29,920 bases of DNA from Acetobacteraceae bacterium (GTDB taxonomy: Bacteria; Pseudomonadota; Alphaproteobacteria; Acetobacterales; Acetobacteraceae), in contig CANJOG010000001.1 of assembly GCA_947475475.1 (NCBI GenBank), positions 1 to 29,920 of the forward strand, read 5' to 3'. The notes below the pieces were generated by a model. That model did not search any database, was not told where the DNA came from, and saw only the letters and a list, made by a program, of their open reading frames with translations. The number at the start of each line of letters is the position of its first letter. Position 1 is the first letter of the stretch. Position numbers and translations under genes: made by a program. This document shows positions 25,541-29,920 of the stretch, in pieces.

Positions 25541-26920
25541 ATGATCGACCTTCCGGTTTCCGGCCGCTTTGCGCAAGATCGCTTTTCTTTTCGTCATTCA
25601 TCGGACTTACCCGGCGCCATCTCCGCTTTCGAGGATGCGGTGGCGGGTTTCGCCGGCCATCTGTCCTCGACCGGCCCGGCGGTGCAGCGCGCTTTGCAGG
25701 CCGACCCCGATCTCGTGGCCGCAATTGCGTTGAAGGGTTTCTCCGCGGTGACGATGGCGCGCGCCGAACTTTCCGAAGATGCCCGGAAATCCCTGGAACA
25801 GGCGCAGTCAGCCATGGCGCGGCGCGGCCTTGCCAGCCCCGGCGAGCGGACATTGGTGCAGGCTTTATCACTCGCCGTTGCCGGCAATCTCTCCGCCGCC
25901 GCGGCACGACTCGATGTGCAGATCGAGGCCGCGCCGCGCGATCTGCTCTCCATCAAGTTGTCCCATTCGTTGCATTTCATGCGTGGCGAAGTGGCGGAGA
26001 TGCGCGCGGTGACAGGCCATGCGCTGGAAGCCTGGTCGCCGAAGCTTCCAGGCTATGGCTATCTTCTTGGCATGCATGCCTTCGGCCTGGAGGAATCTGG
26101 CGCCTATGAAGAGGCCGAGGAATTTGCCCGCGCGGCCGTTTTGAATGAGCCGGGCGATGCCTGGGGCCTGAATGCGCTGGGCCATGTGTTCGATATGCAG
26201 GGCCGTGCGCTTGAGGGTGCGGCGCTGTTGTCGGGCGCAAAATCGGTCTGGTCAGGCTGCAACAATTTCCGCTTCCACGTCGCCTGGCATCTCGCTCTGT
26301 TCCTGCATGCGGGCGGGCATACCGATGCGGCGCTCGCTCTCTACGATTCCGATATACGGCCCCAGTCCACCGACGATTTCCGCGATGTCGCCAATGCGGC
26401 TTCCTTCCTCTGGCGGATGCGCCAGGAGGGGATCGCGGTTGGCCGCCGCTGGGAGGAATTGCTGCCGATCGCCGAACGCCGCCGGCGCGACACTTCGCTG
26501 GTCTTTGCCTCGCTGCATTATCTATTGGCACTGATCGCCAATGGTGCGCTCGCAGCGGCCCGCGATCTGGTCGAGGCCCTGGGCAGCCAGGCGATGACCG
26601 GACATGGCGATCAGGCGCGACTGGCGGCGGAAATCGGCTATCCCCTGGCAAAGGCCATTTTCGCCACCACCGGGCACGATCCGGCACAGCGCATCGATGC
26701 GGCCTTCCTGGCAACGCTGCTGCCGGGCATCGGCGGCAGCAATGCGCAGCGCGACGTTTTTGTCCGCACGCTCGCGCTCATTGCAGTCGAGAGCGGCGAT
26801 GCCGCCGCCGCCGCCGATGTGCTGGCGCTCCGCCGCCGGCTCAGGCGCGATGACCGGTTCGTCGGGCTGGTCACAGGGACTGGCCGCGCGCCGCATCAGG
26901 CCCACGCTCTTTTCGTCTGA
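25541..26920 (+). CDS. TTC38 / StaR-like tetratricopeptide-repeat protein of unknown function
   Basis: GMHAFGLEE, DAWGLNALGHVFDMQG, NNFRFHVAWHLAL, DVANAASFLWR, C-terminal GGSNAQRDVF. AGGA RBS. Confidence 0.82.
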   Translation: MIDLPVSGRFAQDRFSFRHSSDLPGAISAFEDAVAGFAGHLSSTGPAVQRALQADPDLVAAIALKGFSAVTMARAELSEDARKSLEQAQSAMARRGLASPGERTLVQALSLAVAGNLSAAAARLDVQIEAAPRDLLSIKLSHSLHFMRGEVAEMRAVTGHALEAWSPKLPGYGYLLGMHAFGLEESGAYEEAEEFARAAVLNEPGDAWGLNALGHVFDMQGRALEGAALLSGAKSVWSGCNNFRFHVAWHLALFLHAGGHTDAALALYDSDIRPQSTDDFRDVANAASFLWRMRQEGIAVGRRWEELLPIAERRRRDTSLVFASLHYLLALIANGALAAARDLVEALGSQAMTGHGDQARLAAEIGYPLAKAIFATTGHDPAQRIDAAFLATLLPGIGGSNAQRDVFVRTLALIAVESGDAAAAADVLALRRRLRRDDRFVGLVTGTGRAPHQAHALFV

Positions 26921-26944
26921 GCCGGCGGGACCTATCTTCCGATC

Positions 26945-28099
26945 ATGTCACACCGCAGCCGCGATCCGCGCCTCGATTTCTTTCGCGGCATTGCGATGTT
27001 CATCATCCTGATCGCGCATATTCCGGGCAATTCCTGGAATAACTGGATTCCGGCGCGCTTTGGCTTCTCGGATGCGACGGAAATCTTCGTTTTTTGTTCC
27101 GGTATGGCGTCTGCCATCGCTTTCGGCAAAGTGTTCGACACGCATGGGCTCGCGGTCGGCGGGGCGCGTATTCTGTTCCGCTTCTGGCAGATTTACTGGG
27201 CGCAGATTGGCTTGTTCATCGCCATCCTGGCGCTGCTGATCGCCGCCGGGATACGGCCGGACGGGCTGCCATACAGCCAGGCCATCGAATCCGACCGCTT
27301 CTTCGCCCATGCGCGCGAGGCGATGGTGGGGCTTGTCACGCTCTCCTACCATCCGCCGGCGCTCGATATCCTGCCGATGTATATGGTCATCCTGCTGATG
27401 GTACCGGTGGTGATGTTCCTGTCGCGGATTTCGCTTTGGCTGGTGCCGGCCTTTTGTGTGGCGCTTTGGGGCGCTTCCAATGCCGGGTTGCTCGATCTTC
27501 CGGCCGAGCCCTGGTCCGAGCGCGTGTGGTTTTTCAACCCCTTCGCCTGGCAACTCGTGTTTTTTACCGGCTTTTCGATCATGCGCGGCTGGTTCAGCGT
27601 GCCGCGCCCGAGCGTCCTATTGGTGTCACTCGCGACGCTGATCGTGGTTGCGACCACCCCTTTCGCCTGGGAGCGCGGGTTCGAGTTCGTGCCGCGCCTC
27701 GGTGAAATCTATGACGCGATCGATCCGCTGATCAACAAGACGCGCTTCGGCATCCTGCGCTACGTGCATTTCCTGGCCGTTGCTTATCTCGCCATGGCGG
27801 CGGTTGGTCCGCATGGAAGCCGCATTGGCGGCATGCTGGCCGACACGATCCGCCGCGTCGGCCAGCAATCGCTGGCCGTTTTCATCGGCGGCGAATTCGT
27901 CGCGCAATGCCTGGCCATCCTGCTGGACCGGATGGGCCGTGGCGAGCTGGAGATGCTGGTCGCGAATGTCATTGGCGCAGCGTGCCTGATCGGCATCGCC
28001 GCGGTGGCGCGCTGGTTCAAGTCCGGCCCATGGAAGAAACCGCCGGCGCCGCGCGAGCTCCGGGAGACACCCGCACTCGCCCGTCTCGCCGGCGAGTAA
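26945..28099 (+). CDS. opgC: OpgC-domain membrane acyltransferase (glucan succinyltransferase family)
   Basis: RDPRLDFFRGIAMFIILIAH, GFSDATEIFVFCSG, LDILPMY, WFFNPFAWQLVF, LRYVHFLA, VGQQSLAVF, about 10 TM segments. Confidence 0.88.
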   Translation: MSHRSRDPRLDFFRGIAMFIILIAHIPGNSWNNWIPARFGFSDATEIFVFCSGMASAIAFGKVFDTHGLAVGGARILFRFWQIYWAQIGLFIAILALLIAAGIRPDGLPYSQAIESDRFFAHAREAMVGLVTLSYHPPALDILPMYMVILLMVPVVMFLSRISLWLVPAFCVALWGASNAGLLDLPAEPWSERVWFFNPFAWQLVFFTGFSIMRGWFSVPRPSVLLVSLATLIVVATTPFAWERGFEFVPRLGEIYDAIDPLINKTRFGILRYVHFLAVAYLAMAAVGPHGSRIGGMLADTIRRVGQQSLAVFIGGEFVAQCLAILLDRMGRGELEMLVANVIGAACLIGIAAVARWFKSGPWKKPPAPRELRETPALARLAGE

Positions 28100-28879
28100 T
28101 TATCCCGCGACCCGCCCGCCTATCGTGCGCCCGCCATCGCAGACCAGCGTCTGCCCGGTGGTGAAATTCCCGGCTGCCGAACACAGGAAGATCGCCGCCC
28201 CGGCAATATCGTCCGGCTCGCCAATGCGGCCAAGCGGCGATGTCTTGGTGGCGCGCGCATGGCTCTCGGGATTGTCCCAGATCGCCTTGGCGAAATCGGT
28301 GCGGATCAGGCCCGGCGCGATGGCATTGGCGCGGATATTCCGGTCGCCCCATTCCACCGCCAGGTTGCGCACAAGCTGCATCTCGGCGGCCTTGGAGATC
28401 GCATAGGCACCGAGCTTGTCATTGCCCTGCAAGCCGCCGACCGAGGAAATCACCAGCACTGAGCCGCCGCCGACGGCGGCCATATGCGGCAGGGCCATGT
28501 TGCAGAGCCAGAAGGTGCTACGGACATTGTAGTTATAGACGCGGTCGAACACCTCATCGGTGATCTCGCTCGACGGGCCATAGAACGGATTGATCGAGGC
28601 ATTGCAGACCAGAATGTCGATGCGGCCCCATTTGGCCAGCGTCGCATCCACCAGCGCCTGAAGTTCTTCCCGGCGGCCGATATTGCAGGGCTGCACCAGC
28701 GCCTCGCCACCGCGGGCGATGATCCCGGCGGCGACCTCGGCGCAGGCATCGGCCTTGCGGCTGGAGACCACCACCTTGGCGCCGTGCTCGGCCATACGCT
28801 CGGCAATGGCCCGGCCGATGCCGCGCGAGGAGCCGGTGATGATGGCGACCTTGCCGGTCAGGTCGAACAGAGTGCTCAT
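28100..28879 (-). CDS. Classical SDR (DHRS4-like)
   Basis: TGSSRGIG, VSSRK, catalytic YAISK, IRANAIAPGLIRTDF, FTTGQTLVCDGG. Its stop abuts the opgC stop (TAATTA at 28097-28102). Confidence 0.93.
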   Translation of the reverse strand: MSTLFDLTGKVAIITGSSRGIGRAIAERMAEHGAKVVVSSRKADACAEVAAGIIARGGEALVQPCNIGRREELQALVDATLAKWGRIDILVCNASINPFYGPSSEITDEVFDRVYNYNVRSTFWLCNMALPHMAAVGGGSVLVISSVGGLQGNDKLGAYAISKAAEMQLVRNLAVEWGDRNIRANAIAPGLIRTDFAKAIWDNPESHARATKTSPLGRIGEPDDIAGAAIFLCSAAGNFTTGQTLVCDGGRTIGGRVAG

Positions 28880-28883
28880 CGCC

Positions 28884-29198
28884 TCAGGCCTGGATCAGGA
28901 CGCGGCCATTCTCGACCTTCACCGGATAGGTCGGGATGGTCTCGTACTTGCCGGAGACGGCGGTGCCGTCCACGAGATTGAAGCGCGCCTTGTGGAACGG
29001 GCAGACGATAATGCCGGTATCAGTGATCCGTCCGCCGTCGAGGGGGGCGCCCATATGGGTGCAGTGATTCTTCAGCGCATGCAGAGTGCCGGAGGCGTTG
29101 CAGAGCACGAGCTCCTGCTCGCCAATCCGCACCGGAATGCTGTTGCCGGCGCTGATCTGCCAGTCCGCCGCCACGTCGTGCCAAGCTGCGTCGCTCAT
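28884..29198 (-). CDS. Rieske [2Fe-2S] ferredoxin (oxygenase-ferredoxin type), 104 aa
   Basis: CTH-x17-CPFH, ARFNL..G, TYPVKVENGRVLI. GGGAGG RBS before ATG 29198. Confidence 0.92.
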   Translation of the reverse strand: MSDAAWHDVAADWQISAGNSIPVRIGEQELVLCNASGTLHALKNHCTHMGAPLDGGRITDTGIIVCPFHKARFNLVDGTAVSGKYETIPTYPVKVENGRVLIQA

Positions 29199-29244
29199 GG
29201 AATTCCTCCCTTTTGTCTCGACAATGGATAGGCGGATCGGGCGC

Positions 29245-29279
29245 AAACGAAAAGGGCGCCCGGTTCGCACCGGACGCCC
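29245..29279 (-). terminator. Intrinsic terminator of the MFS gene
   Basis: The minus strand reads GGGCGTCCGGT-GCGA-ACCGGGCGCCC-TTTTCGTTT: an 11-bp stem with one G-U pair, a GNRA tetraloop and a U-tract. Confidence 0.85.
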
Positions 29280-29303
29280 CCTCAAGTCAGGTCTGCCTTG
29301 CCG

Positions 29304-29920
29304 TCAGTCGTGGATATCCACGTTCTTCGGCTCATGCAGGAACAGTGCGCCGATCACTGCGGTCACCACCGCGACGACGATCGGATACCAGAGACCGGCG
29401 TAGATATTGCCGGAATAGGCCATGATTGCGGTGAAGAAGAGCGGCAAAAGGCCGCCAAACCAGCCATTGCCGATATGGTAGGGGAAAGACATCGACGTGT
29501 AGCGGATCTTGGCCGGGAACAGCTCGACCAGGTAGGCGGCCATCGGGCCATACACCATGGTGACGTAGGTCAGCAGGATGAACAGCCAGAGGAAGGCGAG
29601 CGGGTAGTTGACCTTCTTGGGATCGGCGACCGGCTTGTATCCGATATCGGCCAGTGCCTTCGTAATCATCGCCGGCGTGGTCTTGAGGTCGAAGCCCTCG
29701 ATCCGCGCATTGCCGATGACGGTGACGACTTCCTTGCCGCCCTCAGCCGGGAGCGACTTGAAGGACAGGCCCGCGGCAGTGAGCTGGCCACGGACGCGGT
29801 CGCAGGAGGTGAAGTCCGACCACGGCCCCACAAAGACGTGGAAGTTGCAGTTATCGGCCGCCACCGAGACGAGCTGCTTTTCGTTCAGCGCCGTCAGGTC
29901 CGGGTTCACCGCCACCGAGA
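29304..29920 (-). CDS. MFS transporter, metabolite:H+ symporter (MHS) type, 5'-truncated by the window edge
   Basis: VTMVYGPMAAYLVELFPAKIRYTSMSFPYHIGNGWFGG. The frame stays open to the window end. Confidence 0.9.
   Translation of the reverse strand, partial: SVAVNPDLTALNEKQLVSVAADNCNFHVFVGPWSDFTSCDRVRGQLTAAGLSFKSLPAEGGKEVVTVIGNARIEGFDLKTTPAMITKALADIGYKPVADPKKVNYPLAFLWLFILLTYVTMVYGPMAAYLVELFPAKIRYTSMSFPYHIGNGWFGGLLPLFFTAIMAYSGNIYAGLWYPIVVAVVTAVIGALFLHEPKNVDIHD

Noticed and set aside
26802-26817. (GCC)n run
   Set aside because: It simply encodes an Ala run in the TTC38-like protein; the frame is unaffected by unit length, so there is no phase-variation signal.
1-29920. CRISPR array, IS/transposon, prophage, tRNA/rRNA, defence system
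   Set aside because: I saw no spaced repeat array, terminal inverted repeats, integrase/transposase/nuclease motifs or RNA-gene signatures.

Overview
A GC-rich, gene-dense bacterial chromosomal segment. It looks alphaproteobacterial, possibly Rhodospirillales/Acetobacteraceae; this is inferred from protein style, not tested. I found no rRNA, tRNA, CRISPR array, transposase, phage gene or transcription factor. Contents in order: (1) an Mla/Mce-type ABC operon (mlaE partial, mlaF, mlaD, PqiC-like lipoprotein) followed by two orphan substrate-binding proteins (SBPs); (2) an orphan xanthine-dehydrogenase/CoxL-like molybdenum subunit closely followed by a Bcr/CflA efflux pump; (3) an SBP, an amidohydrolase and a luciferase-like oxidoreductase; (4) a ~10 kb minus-strand catabolic operon (LivH, LivM-LivG fusion, LivF, two SDRs, a mandelate-racemase homolog with altered catalytic residues, an SMP-30 lactonase, two tandem paralogous SBPs); (5) a plus-strand run of acyl-CoA synthetase, ScpB-like crotonase-fold protein, secreted esterase, TTC38/StaR-like protein and OpgC-family acyltransferase; (6) a Rieske ferredoxin plus SDR and a partial MFS transporter. 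The best candidates for an undescribed system are block 5 (possible envelope acylation/deacylation module containing an uncharacterised TTC38-like protein) and block 4 (catabolic pathway for an unknown substrate). All family calls come from motif recognition by eye; no database searches were run.
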